Below are positions 37,806-47,365 of a DNA stretch of 63,181 nucleotides, piece by piece. Below the pieces are notes generated by a model. That model was not told where the DNA came from, did no database searches, and saw only the letters and a list, made by a program, of their open reading frames with translations. Position 1 is the stretch's first letter, and each line of letters opens with the position of its first letter. Source of the stretch: Nitrospiraceae bacterium. Lineage in GTDB: Bacteria; Nitrospirota; Thermodesulfovibrionia; Thermodesulfovibrionales; UBA1546. The stretch is from positions 1 to 63,181 of the forward strand of contig QZJQ01000037.1 of assembly GCA_003599795.1 (NCBI GenBank), in the 5' to 3' direction. A program made the translations under genes and the position numbers.

Positions 37806-40031
37806 ATGGAGAAGAAATTCGGTGTATATATATGCAAGGGCTGCGGTATCGGAGAAGCGGTTGATATAGCAAAGCTGAGAACAAGGGCCGCATTAAAGGG
37901 CAAGGTGCCAGCAGATATTATAAAGGAGCACCAGGTCTTGTGCAGCTCTGAAGGGCTTGAGCTTATTAAGAACGATATAAAAGAAGGCGTAAATACGTTA
38001 ATCATCGGCGCATGTTCGCCTCGCGTAAAAACTGACGAGTTTGATTTCCCGGGCACCATAACAGAGAGGGTCAACCTGAGGGAATTTGTTGCCTGGACTG
38101 CGGAGCCGATGACTGCAGATGCACAGAGCCTTGCAGACGACTATGTGGTAATGGGGATAATCAAGGCGCAGAAAGGCGATCTTCCTGAGCCCAATATTCT
38201 TCCGGACTTGAGCAATAAGATATTGGTAATCGGCGGCGGCACAGCAGGCCTGTCATCAGCGCTTGAGGCTGCAAATGCAGGTTACCAGGTTGTCCTTGTT
38301 GAAAAAGAGGCGGAACTTGGAGGCTGGGCGGCAAAGCTTTACAAAGAGACGCCGAGGCAGCAGCCGTTTGACAAACTGGAAGAGCCGAAAATATTTGACA
38401 AGATAAAAGAAGTTGAGGCGCATTCCAATATCAAGGTGTTTAAGTCATCAACAGTAGAAAAGACAGAAGGGCAGCCTGGGCTCCTTGATGTGACAATAAG
38501 GACTAACGGCACAAGCGAGACTATGAGGGTCGGCGCTGTTATTATGGCCGCAGGATGGAAGCCCTATGACGCTTCAAAACTCGGACATCTCGGATACGGC
38601 AAGCCCAATGTTATTACAAGCGTGCAGATGGAGGAGATGGCAAAGAAGGGAAAGATTATCCGTCCTTCTGACGGCAAAGAGGCAAAGAAGGTCGCATTCA
38701 TTCAATGCGCAGGCTCAAGGGACGCAAACCATCTTCCATACTGTTCGTCATTCTGCTGCGGCACATCGCTTAAGCAGGCGAAATACGTGAGAGAGAAAAA
38801 CAGCGATGCTATGGCGATGATATTTTATAAAGACATCAGGACTCCAGGACAGACGGAGATTTTTTACAAGAACATGCAGAATGACCCCGGAGTTTTATTA
38901 ACAAAGGCAGAGGTAACAGGCATAAGCGATGCCGGAAACGGCAGCTTGTTTGTTGAGGCGGATGACACGCTCCTCGGAGAGAAAATAAAGGTTGAGGCGG
39001 ATCTTGTTGTTCTTGCAATAGGCGTAGTGCCTGCAACACGCGCCCCGCAGGAATACCTTGACGGGCTTACAGAGGCCGGGAAGAAGGGTGATGCAGCAAA
39101 GAAGGAATATCTTGATAACACACCGAAGCCAGACTTCATCTTAAACCTAACATACAGGCAGGGGCCTGAAATCCCTGCGCTTGAAGGCGCATACGGTTTT
39201 GCTGATTCTAATTTTATATGTTTCCAGTACGAAACAAGAAGAACAGGCATTTACGCCGCAGGCTGTGTGAGACAGCCGATGACTATGGCGGATGCGGCTG
39301 AAGACGCGGCAGGTGCTGCTTTGAAGGCAATACAGTGCGTTGAGCATGTTGCAAAAGGCATTGCTGTTCATCCGAGGGCATGGGATACCACGTTCCCGGA
39401 CCCTCTGATGATAAAATGCACTTCCTGCAAGAGATGCACAGAAGAATGCCCCTTCGGCGCAATTGATGAAGATGAAAAAGGCACGCCGTTTTACAGGCTC
39501 AACCGCTGCCGCAGATGCGGCACATGCATGGGCGCATGTCCTGAGAGGATTGTATCGTTCAAAGACTTCAGCGTTGACTTGGTCGGCACCATGATTAAGT
39601 CCATAGAAGTGGATGAAGACGAGTTCAGGATTATTATACTGGCATGTGAGAATGACGCGTATCCTGCATTGGACAGCGCTGCCATAAAGCGCATTAAAAT
39701 AAACCCCAAGGTAAGGATTATCCCTGTCAGGTGTCTTGGTTCAACCAACCTGGTCTGGGTGTCGGATGCATTCTCAAGAGGCATTGACGGACTGATGCTG
39801 CTCGGCTGCAAGTACGGCGAAAACTATCAGTGCCACTTTGTAAAAGGCAGCGAGCTTGCAAATTACCGTTTCAGCAAGGTCAAGGAGACGCTTGATAAGC
39901 TTCAGCTTGAATCAGACAGGTGCCAGCTTGTCCAGGTTTCAATATCGGAGTATGACAAGCTCCCTCAGATGATAAATGACTTTGTTGAGAGAATAGAAGA
40001 AATCGGACCAAACCCGTTTAAGGAATTTTAA
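37806..40031 (+). CDS. qmoB: Qmo complex subunit B (HdrA-like plus MvhD-like C-terminus)
   Basis: 741 aa; second FAD fold ILVIGGGTAGLSSA; ferredoxin CxxCxxCxxxCP motifs. Confidence 0.9.
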   Translation: MEKKFGVYICKGCGIGEAVDIAKLRTRAALKGKVPADIIKEHQVLCSSEGLELIKNDIKEGVNTLIIGACSPRVKTDEFDFPGTITERVNLREFVAWTAEPMTADAQSLADDYVVMGIIKAQKGDLPEPNILPDLSNKILVIGGGTAGLSSALEAANAGYQVVLVEKEAELGGWAAKLYKETPRQQPFDKLEEPKIFDKIKEVEAHSNIKVFKSSTVEKTEGQPGLLDVTIRTNGTSETMRVGAVIMAAGWKPYDASKLGHLGYGKPNVITSVQMEEMAKKGKIIRPSDGKEAKKVAFIQCAGSRDANHLPYCSSFCCGTSLKQAKYVREKNSDAMAMIFYKDIRTPGQTEIFYKNMQNDPGVLLTKAEVTGISDAGNGSLFVEADDTLLGEKIKVEADLVVLAIGVVPATRAPQEYLDGLTEAGKKGDAAKKEYLDNTPKPDFILNLTYRQGPEIPALEGAYGFADSNFICFQYETRRTGIYAAGCVRQPMTMADAAEDAAGAALKAIQCVEHVAKGIAVHPRAWDTTFPDPLMIKCTSCKRCTEECPFGAIDEDEKGTPFYRLNRCRRCGTCMGACPERIVSFKDFSVDLVGTMIKSIEVDEDEFRIIILACENDAYPALDSAAIKRIKINPKVRIIPVRCLGSTNLVWVSDAFSRGIDGLMLLGCKYGENYQCHFVKGSELANYRFSKVKETLDKLQLESDRCQLVQVSISEYDKLPQMINDFVERIEEIGPNPFKEF

Positions 40032-40044
40032 AGAGGAGGAGCAG

Positions 40045-41211
40045 ATGGCAGAACAAATAATTAAGCCCGATTTGAATTTTATAAACGATGTAATCAACTC
40101 AGGGGGAGAGTCTCTTAAAAAATGTTTTCAGTGCGCAACCTGTTCTGTTGTTTGCAATGTGACGCCTGATGACAAGCCTTTCCCGAGAAAAGAAATGGCG
40201 CATGCGCAATGGGGGCTGAAAGACAAGCTTTTCAGCAATCCTGACATATGGCTCTGCCACCAGTGTAGCGACTGCACTGCTTACTGTCCGAGAGGGGCCA
40301 AACCTGGCGAAGTGCTCGGAGCGATAAGAAAACTGAGCCTTCAGCATTACTCTTCGCCGAAGCTCCTTGCAAAGATGGCAGGCGACATAAAATATTTTCT
40401 GCTGCTTTTTGCAGTGCCTGTATTGATATTCCTGACATATCTTGGGATAACAGGCAAGCTTGATTTTGCGAATGTTCCCAAAGACCCGGTCAAAGGCATA
40501 GTTTTTTCCAAGTTAATTCCAACAACCTTTTTTATAGACCCTGTGTTTATGGCAGCGGCAGCCTTTGCAGTTATAGTGTTTGCAAGAGGAATAATGAGGT
40601 ACTGGAATGACATGTCCAGAAATGCAGGGACAAAAGGAGGAAGTATAATCGGGGCTGCAATATCTGCGATAACAGAGATACTGGCCCATCGCAGATTCAA
40701 TAAGTGCGAGGCCACCAAAGGGAGATCAATATCGCATATGCTTGTTTTTTACAGCTTTGCAGGCCTTGCAATAACAACAACGTGGGCGCTGATATATCTT
40801 TACGGGCCTGTTATTATGAAATTTTTAGGCATGGAGCCTTTGCAATGGTTATTGGGCGAGTCTCCATACCCGTTAACAGACCCCATGAAGATTCTGGGCA
40901 ACGTAAGCGCCGCGGGGCTTGCATTGGGAATACTGCTTGTTATATTTAACAGGATAAAAAACAGCGCTAAGGCAGGCATCGGCAGTTATTATGACTGGCT
41001 CTTTATCGGTGTTGTGTTTTTTGTAATGGCAACAGGGATTCTCTCTGAGGTGTTCAGGCTTATGAATAATGAAATGCTCGCATATCCAACTTACATAGCG
41101 CATCTTTCTTTTGTATTCTTTCTTTTTGCATATGCCCCCTTTTCAAAGATGGCGCATATGGTTTACAGGGCAACTGCAATGGTTTTCGCAAAGCAGGCTG
41201 GAAGGGAATGA
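40045..41211 (+). CDS. qmoC: Qmo complex subunit C (FeS domain plus heme-b membrane domain)
   Basis: N-terminal CFQCATCSVVC / CHQCSDCTAYCP, then ~6 TM helices. Confidence 0.9.
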   Translation: MAEQIIKPDLNFINDVINSGGESLKKCFQCATCSVVCNVTPDDKPFPRKEMAHAQWGLKDKLFSNPDIWLCHQCSDCTAYCPRGAKPGEVLGAIRKLSLQHYSSPKLLAKMAGDIKYFLLLFAVPVLIFLTYLGITGKLDFANVPKDPVKGIVFSKLIPTTFFIDPVFMAAAAFAVIVFARGIMRYWNDMSRNAGTKGGSIIGAAISAITEILAHRRFNKCEATKGRSISHMLVFYSFAGLAITTTWALIYLYGPVIMKFLGMEPLQWLLGESPYPLTDPMKILGNVSAAGLALGILLVIFNRIKNSAKAGIGSYYDWLFIGVVFFVMATGILSEVFRLMNNEMLAYPTYIAHLSFVFFLFAYAPFSKMAHMVYRATAMVFAKQAGRE

Positions 41212-41225
41212 ATATTTAGGTTAAT

Positions 41226-41285
41226 CAGTGACAGTGGACGGTGCCGGTTTTTTTGCTGACACTGACATTAAGCGCTGACACTAAA
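41226..41285. repeat. TGACAGTG/CTGACACT word array in the qmoC-CBS spacer
   Basis: CAGTGACAGTGGACGG..TTTTTTTGCTGACACTGACATTAAGCGCTGACACT. Confidence 0.75.
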
Positions 41286-41301
41286 ATAGGAGGTCTGACC
41301 G

Positions 41302-41730
41302 GTGAAAATAAAAGATGTCCTAAAAGACAGAGGCATTGAATTTATTGCAGTTGACAGCCATTCAACAGTGGATGTTGCAATTAATAAAATGGTTGAGAGA
41401 AACATTGGAGCCATCCTTGTTATGGAAGGAGGCAGGCTTGTGGGAATGTTTACAGAGAGGGATGTGCTTAGATGCTGGGTTAAAAAAGGCGAAGGCTTCA
41501 GCCGGATTCATATAAAGGATGTGATGACAAAAGATATCCTGATTGCAGAACCTGATGACGATTTGGATTATGCGATGACGGTAATGGTAAATAAAAACAT
41601 AAGGCATCTGCCGGTTATAGAAAGGGGACAGGTGATTAGTGTTATATCAATCCGTGATATGGTTAAGGCTCAGGTCAGCACCCTTCAGGCAGAGCTGCAT
41701 TATCTGAAGGATTATATTACAGGGGGATGA
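41302..41730 (+). CDS. CBS-pair domain protein
   Basis: GTG start; 142 aa; two CBS motifs (GAILVMEGGRLVGMFTERD; HLPVIERGQVISVISIRD). Confidence 0.85.
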   Translation: MKIKDVLKDRGIEFIAVDSHSTVDVAINKMVERNIGAILVMEGGRLVGMFTERDVLRCWVKKGEGFSRIHIKDVMTKDILIAEPDDDLDYAMTVMVNKNIRHLPVIERGQVISVISIRDMVKAQVSTLQAELHYLKDYITGG

Positions 41731-41880
41731 TATAAGTTCAAAGTTGAAGACTGAAAGCAGTCAACTGAAAACTAAAAACTGATTAAGGGGGTGAGAGGCG
41801 CAGAAAGAAAAAACAATTGGTTCAGTCGGAGTTTTTTATAATTTATAAATTTTTTTAAAACTTAGATAGAAGGAGGAGAG

Positions 41881-43953
41881 ATGAGTTTGACAATTCTTTT
41901 TGCCTTAGGTTGCGGATTGTTAGGCGTAATATACGCTGTGATAACCGCAATGTGGGTGTCAAAGCAGGATGCGGGAAATGCCAAGATGCAGGAGATTTCA
42001 AATGCAATTAAAGAGGGCGCATATGCGTTTCTGGCACGTGAATATAAGACTGTTGCAGTGGTGGCAGTAGTTCTCGTTGTCCTTATCGCAGCGTTCGGGC
42101 TTGGCATCTGGACATCTGCCGGTTTTATTATTGGAACATTAGGTTCAGCGCTTGCAGGTTTTGTAGGTATGTGGGTTACTGTTCGCGCCAACGTGCGTAC
42201 CACACAGGCCGCACACAAAGGGCTTCAGGCCGCGCTCAGGCTTGCGTTCATGGGCGGCTCAGTGACCGGCGTTATGGTCGTGGGCCTCGGGATTATAGGC
42301 CTTGCAGGTTTTTATTTTATCGCAAAACAGTCAGCGCCTGAGCAGGCATTTCATGCACTGATAGGCCTTGGATTCGGATGTTCGCTTATGAGCGTCTTCG
42401 CACGTATCGCAGGCGGTATCTACACAAAGGCTGCAGACGTGGGCGCAGACCTTGTCGGAAAAGTTGAAGCTGGAATCCCGGAAGATGATCCGAGGAATCC
42501 TGCTGTTATAGCAGACAACGTTGGCGACAACGTCGGCGATTGCGCAGGCATGGCAGCTGACCTTTATGAAACATATACTGTTACACTGGTTGCGGCAATG
42601 CTTCTTGCAAAGACAGTTTTCGGCGCGGGCAGCGCATGGGTGGAATTTCCGCTGCTCCTCGGCGGAATATCAATCATAGCTTCCATTATCGGAACATTTG
42701 CAGTAAAGCTTGGTAAAAAACAGTATATTATGGGCGCCTTGTACAAGGGACTTGCTGTTGCAGGCATCCTTGCGGCAATAACATTTTATTTTGTGACAGG
42801 TGAATTTTTGAAAGGCGTAGATGCGGCTTCAATGGTCTCTCACCCGTCATTTACACAGATGAACGTTTTTCTTATGTCACTTATCGGCCTTGCATTGACA
42901 GGACTGATCGTGGTTATAACTGAGTATTTTACTGCCAAGGAATACGGCCCGGTGCAGCACATTGCAAAGGCCAGCTTGACCGGCCACGGCACAAACGTTA
43001 TAGCCGGACTTGCAGTCAGCATGAAGTCAACAGGCGCGCCTGTTGTGGTTATTGTGGCCTCAATCCTCGGCGCATATGCATTGGGCGGCGGTTTTGCCGG
43101 TGATGCAGCCGGCGGTCTTTTTGCAATTGCATTGTCAGCAGTTTCCATGCTTTCAATGACAGGAATCGTTGTTGCGATTGACTCATACGGCCCGATAACA
43201 GATAATGCAGGCGGTATTGCAGAAATGTCAGGACTGCCTGAAAACATCCGTAATATCACAGACCCGTTGGATGCAGTCGGAAACACAACAAAGGCTGTTA
43301 CAAAGGGTTATGCAATCGGTTCAGCAGGCCTTGCAGCGCTGGTTCTTTTTGCGGAGTATTCAAGGTCATTTAGCACACAGCTTTATTTTGACCTTTCAAA
43401 CCCGATGGTTCTGGCAGGCCTTTTCATCGGCGGTTTGCTGCCTTATTATTTCGGCTCGCTTCTTATGGAAGCTGTTGGGAAGGCAGCAGGCAGCATTGTC
43501 GAAGAAGTAAGAAGACAGTTCAGGGAGATAAAAGGCATTATGGAAGGCACAGGCAAGCCCGAGTACGGCAAGTGCGTTGATATTGTCACAAAAGGCGCCA
43601 TAAGGCAGATGATGGTTCCTGCTCTTATACCTGTTGTTGTTCCTATTGTAGTGGGCCTTACCCTTGGGAAAGAAGCTCTCGGCGGAGTTCTTATCGGAAG
43701 CATCCTGACCGGACTCTTCCAGGCCATTGCCATGACAAGCGGCGGCGGCGCTTGGGACAACGCAAAGAAATCCTTTGAAGACGGCGTTACAGACGACAAA
43801 GGCGTAGTGCATAAGAAAGGAAGCGACGGGCACAAAGCCTCTGTCACAGGCGATACAGTCGGCGATCCTTACAAGGATACGGCAGGGCCGGCAATTAACC
43901 CTATGATTAAGGTCATCAATATTGTTGCGCTTCTTATAGTTCCGTTGCTGTAA
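41881..43953 (+). CDS. hppA: Membrane-bound pyrophosphatase, K+-independent signature
   Basis: 690 aa; DNVGDNVGD motif. GNTTKA (Lys rather than Ala) is the established K+-independent marker. Confidence 0.93.
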   Translation: MSLTILFALGCGLLGVIYAVITAMWVSKQDAGNAKMQEISNAIKEGAYAFLAREYKTVAVVAVVLVVLIAAFGLGIWTSAGFIIGTLGSALAGFVGMWVTVRANVRTTQAAHKGLQAALRLAFMGGSVTGVMVVGLGIIGLAGFYFIAKQSAPEQAFHALIGLGFGCSLMSVFARIAGGIYTKAADVGADLVGKVEAGIPEDDPRNPAVIADNVGDNVGDCAGMAADLYETYTVTLVAAMLLAKTVFGAGSAWVEFPLLLGGISIIASIIGTFAVKLGKKQYIMGALYKGLAVAGILAAITFYFVTGEFLKGVDAASMVSHPSFTQMNVFLMSLIGLALTGLIVVITEYFTAKEYGPVQHIAKASLTGHGTNVIAGLAVSMKSTGAPVVVIVASILGAYALGGGFAGDAAGGLFAIALSAVSMLSMTGIVVAIDSYGPITDNAGGIAEMSGLPENIRNITDPLDAVGNTTKAVTKGYAIGSAGLAALVLFAEYSRSFSTQLYFDLSNPMVLAGLFIGGLLPYYFGSLLMEAVGKAAGSIVEEVRRQFREIKGIMEGTGKPEYGKCVDIVTKGAIRQMMVPALIPVVVPIVVGLTLGKEALGGVLIGSILTGLFQAIAMTSGGGAWDNAKKSFEDGVTDDKGVVHKKGSDGHKASVTGDTVGDPYKDTAGPAINPMIKVINIVALLIVPLL

Positions 43954-43977
43954 GGGGAAATTAAGACTGAAATTAAA

Positions 43978-44012
43978 GGGGATGTCCCGAAACTTCGGGA
44001 CATCCCCTTTTT
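43978..44012 (+). terminator. Strong intrinsic terminator after hppA
   Basis: GGGGATGTCCCGAA-ac-TTCGGGACATCCCC then TTTTT. Confidence 0.85.
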
Positions 44013-44049
44013 AGCTTGGAGGGTTTTGTCAGCTGATTTTGCGCAGGGC

Positions 44050-44079
44050 TTGACTATATGTCTGGTTTTATCGTATAAA
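44050..44079 (+). promoter_or_regulatory. Candidate promoter for the MinD-like/J-HTH pair
   Basis: TTGACT-N18-TATAAA, ~20 nt before ATG 44098. Confidence 0.35.
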
Positions 44080-44097
44080 AAGCTGTCAATGTAATTT

Positions 44098-45054
44098 ATG
44101 AATAACGGCGCACATGATAAGAAATGCGAAATATGGGCTATCGGCGGAGGCAAGGGCGGAACCGGTAAGAGCTTTGTCACAAGCAGCATAGGCACGCATC
44201 TGGCTTCAAAGGGCAACAAGGTTGTGCTGATTGATGCAGACCTCGGAGGCGCTAATCTTCATACCCTGCTTGGAGTAAGCAAGCCGAGAAATTCTCTCAC
44301 TGATTTTTTTGAAAAAAAAGCATCGCTGAATGACATTATAGTAAACTGCGGTATGCCTGACATCGGATTGGTGTCAGGGACTCTCAGCTCGCTTGACTCC
44401 GAGAATATAAAATATGCCCAGAAACTCAAGCTGTTCAGGCAGATAAAGGCCATTGATACGGATTACATCCTCATTGACCTTGGAGCAGGCTCTCACAACA
44501 ACACCATAGATACTTTTTTGCTGGCGGATAAGATGATAGTTGTAACATTGCCGGAAATTACAGCGCTTGAGAATATGTATCACTTCATTAAAAATGTTTT
44601 TTTCAGGAAACTTAAAATCATACTCAGCGCACACGGGCTGAAGGATATGATTCAGGATGTCTGGAAGAACAGGGATGTGCACGGTATAAAACACCTTAAG
44701 GATGTAGTTGAGCATTTGATGGGCACGTCGGCTCACGTCAGAGATATTATTGAGAATGAACTGGCATCCTTCAAGATATACATAATATTGAATCAAGTCA
44801 GAAGCGGCAGGGAAGTTATGATCGGTTCATCCGTTAAGAGCGTATGCCTGAAATTTCTTGGTTTTGACGCGCAGTATGCGGGGCACATAGAATATGATGA
44901 AAGTGTGCTGAGGTGCATAAACAAGAGACTGCCTTTTATGCTCACGCACCCGTTTTCACATGTGGCAAAAGAGATAATCAAGCTTACGGAAAACCTGAAA
45001 GACGGCAGGCAGATAACGGTAACGGCTGATAAATATGCCAATAGAAGATTATAA
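44098..45054 (+). CDS. MinD/ParA-family P-loop ATPase
   Basis: Deviant Walker A GGGKGGTGKS; 318 aa. Confidence 0.85.
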   Translation: MNNGAHDKKCEIWAIGGGKGGTGKSFVTSSIGTHLASKGNKVVLIDADLGGANLHTLLGVSKPRNSLTDFFEKKASLNDIIVNCGMPDIGLVSGTLSSLDSENIKYAQKLKLFRQIKAIDTDYILIDLGAGSHNNTIDTFLLADKMIVVTLPEITALENMYHFIKNVFFRKLKIILSAHGLKDMIQDVWKNRDVHGIKHLKDVVEHLMGTSAHVRDIIENELASFKIYIILNQVRSGREVMIGSSVKSVCLKFLGFDAQYAGHIEYDESVLRCINKRLPFMLTHPFSHVAKEIIKLTENLKDGRQITVTADKYANRRL

Positions 45055-45577
45055 GAAATACTTTGATGCGCTTGAGCTCAGTTCTGATGCACAGCTGTCA
45101 GAGGTAAGGAATTCGTATCTGCATCTGAAATCGTTATACTCAAATGACTCCATTGTAACTTCGGCCATTGCCTATGAATTATCCGAAGAAAAAAGGCATG
45201 AAATACTGGAACAGGTAGAAGAGGCGTACGCAAAACTTGCCGACTTTTTTACGAATAAGGACGCTGATACAGCGGTAAGTGAGAAACCGTCTTTTGTTGT
45301 GGATGAAGAACTGAAGCAGTATATGTCAGGCATGCAGTCATTCAGCGGCAAGATGTTAAAGGAAATAAGGGAAAAACTTGGTGTTAACCTGAAGGATATG
45401 GCGGTTTTTACAAAAATCCGCAAGCAGTATTTTGAAGATATAGAGAATGAAAGGTTTTCGGCCCTTCCGGCAGAGGTTTATCTGAGAGGGTATATCATGG
45501 AATATGCACGTTACCTCTCCCTTGACCCTGAAAAGGTTGCTAATGATTACATAGAGAGATACCGGACAGCGCGATGA
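45035..45577 (+). CDS. J-domain-like (no HPD) plus RodZ-type HTH protein
   Basis: YFDALELSSDAQLSEVRNSYLHLKSLYSND lacks HPD. The C-terminal LKEIREKLGVNLKDMAVFTKI..LPAEVYLRGYIMEYARYL resembles RodZ/HTH_25. The gene overlaps the ATPase gene by 20 nt. Confidence 0.6.
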   Translation: MPIEDYKKYFDALELSSDAQLSEVRNSYLHLKSLYSNDSIVTSAIAYELSEEKRHEILEQVEEAYAKLADFFTNKDADTAVSEKPSFVVDEELKQYMSGMQSFSGKMLKEIREKLGVNLKDMAVFTKIRKQYFEDIENERFSALPAEVYLRGYIMEYARYLSLDPEKVANDYIERYRTAR

Positions 45578-45979
45578 AGGATAAAGAAAAGCATGGTTAG
45601 AGAGAAAGGTTTAGACGCCCCTTCCCATTGTTTATAACTCCAAAGTTTTAGTTACATAGCGCCCATGCCTTGATAAATAAGGCTTTACAATTTATTTTAG
45701 AATGAAGTTGCAGCAAAGCCTATTATAAATACGTAACCTCTTGTTTTTTAAAGAAAATATGACTGCACAAAAAATAGGCAAAATGCTGGGATTGAGGACT
45801 GTAGAGGCAAGAAAAATCTTTAATTGAGGTTGCTAACAATTTTTCAACATGTATGCTTGGTAAATGCCCTGATGCTGTGTTTATTTCGTCACAGATAACC
45901 CTCTAAAAACAAAGAGAAAGAATAAAAATAGCGTAATGAAGGCGCTTTTAAAGGGCTTTGAAAAATTTGCCTAACCGAT

Positions 45980-46966
45980 TCAGATTCCCTCAATCACCGC
46001 CGCTGCCAGAAGCGGGAACATTATCTCGTGATGGCCTGTGAGGGCATATGAGCATCCTTTTTGCATGGTAGGCCTTTTAAGGACATTTTGATGAGGCCTG
46101 TAGTGCTGGACAAAATCCATATTCACTGTGGTAATGTTTTCAACTTTGCTGCCGAGGTTTCTCGCCACGGTCAATGCCTTTAAAAAAACTTCAGGCATAA
46201 TGACAGCAGATCCTAAATTTATATAAACGCCGCCCTCAAGGTCTGATATTACGGATGTCAGGAGTTTGAAATCTCTAAGGCTTCCCTCGCCGATAGCTCT
46301 GCCGTCTGCCTGCGGATGCATGTGGATTATGTCCGTGCCTACTGCAACATGGACAGTTGCAGGGATTTTAAGCTTATATGCAGAGCCGAATATGCTCATT
46401 TCCCTGTACTTGAATCTTGTCGCCTCAGGCGACTCGCCGGGGCGAGAATTCTGAATCATCCAGCCGAGTGACTTCCCAATGCCGTAACCTTTCTTTGCCC
46501 CGCTGTTTATAGCCTTGTTGATATATTCTCCTGTCTCCTTTGCCATTCCAAAAGTGCCCTTGCACAACTCCTCTGCAACGTCTTCTGAGGTCTTACCTGT
46601 GTATGACAGTTCAAAATCATGGACAATGCAGGCGCCGTTTGTTGCAATTGCGGTTATTATGCCTTTGTTCATAAGGTCCGTTATAACAGGAGATAACCCC
46701 ACTTTTATCGGATGAGCTCCCATTCCGAGGATTACGGGCCTTTTGTTCTTCCTTGCCTTTATTATTGCCTTTACAATTAATTTGAAGTTTCGTGCCGCAA
46801 GCGCATCAGGCAGGTTATTAATAAAGCCCTTGAATGAATGTCCGGCTTCATGCGGGATTGCTGAGAGTGAAACCTCTACTTTGCTCTTTCTTTTTGATAG
46901 AGAATAGGTCCTGATTTTTTTAAGCGAAATAGGAGTATATTTTTTCATCGTGCTGAATTTTAACAT
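45980..46966 (-). CDS. Deoxyhypusine synthase-like family protein
   Basis: ILGMGAHPIKVGLSPVITDLMNKGIITAIATNGACIVHDFE resembles the bacterial DHS-like (PF01916) family. It carries a 27-nt double-hairpin insert. Confidence 0.6.
   Translation of the reverse strand: MLKFSTMKKYTPISLKKIRTYSLSKRKSKVEVSLSAIPHEAGHSFKGFINNLPDALAARNFKLIVKAIIKARKNKRPVILGMGAHPIKVGLSPVITDLMNKGIITAIATNGACIVHDFELSYTGKTSEDVAEELCKGTFGMAKETGEYINKAINSGAKKGYGIGKSLGWMIQNSRPGESPEATRFKYREMSIFGSAYKLKIPATVHVAVGTDIIHMHPQADGRAIGEGSLRDFKLLTSVISDLEGGVYINLGSAVIMPEVFLKALTVARNLGSKVENITTVNMDFVQHYRPHQNVLKRPTMQKGCSYALTGHHEIMFPLLAAAVIEGI
46419..46445. repeat. Two adjacent GC mini-hairpins in-frame inside the DHS-like gene
   Basis: GTCGCC-TCA-GGCGAC plus TCGCC-GG-GGCGA; 27 nt = 9 codons, encoding RPGESPEAT. 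Confidence 0.85.
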
Positions 46967-47068
46967 AAAAAGATTGATTTTATAACTAAAATTATGTTAA
47001 AAAATATGACCAAATTTTTCGGGGTCTAAGCCTGTCAGAGACAGGTAAAACCAATAAGGAGGAAGGAA

Positions 47069-47365
47069 TTGCCGGCTAAAGCAGCAAAAAAGAAAAATCT
47101 TTCAGCAATAAAAAGGACAAGACAGGCTCAGAAACGCAATTTACGCAATGCTTCAATCCGCTCAAAGATAAAGACTGTTTCTAAGAGGATTGAGGAAGCA
47201 ATAACTGAAAAAAATCAGGAAAATGTAAAGAAGTTTCTGAAAGAAATAGTAAGGGCTGTAAACTCGGCTGTCTCAAAAGGCGTACTGCATAAAAATACAG
47301 CCTCAAGAAAAATATCAAGGCTCTCAAAACTGGCAAATACAGTTCTCAAATCTGCAGCAGCCTGA
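47069..47365 (+). CDS. rpsT: 30S ribosomal protein S20
   Basis: TTG start after GGAGGAAGGAA; basic helical 98 aa; KRTRQAQKRNLRN. Confidence 0.9.
   Translation: MPAKAAKKKNLSAIKRTRQAQKRNLRNASIRSKIKTVSKRIEEAITEKNQENVKKFLKEIVRAVNSAVSKGVLHKNTASRKISRLSKLANTVLKSAAA

Noticed and set aside
36532-41211. Possible selenocysteine (in-frame TGA) in the HdrA-like QmoA/QmoB.
   Set aside because: All three qmo ORFs are uninterrupted with Cys at the cluster positions, so no recoding is needed.
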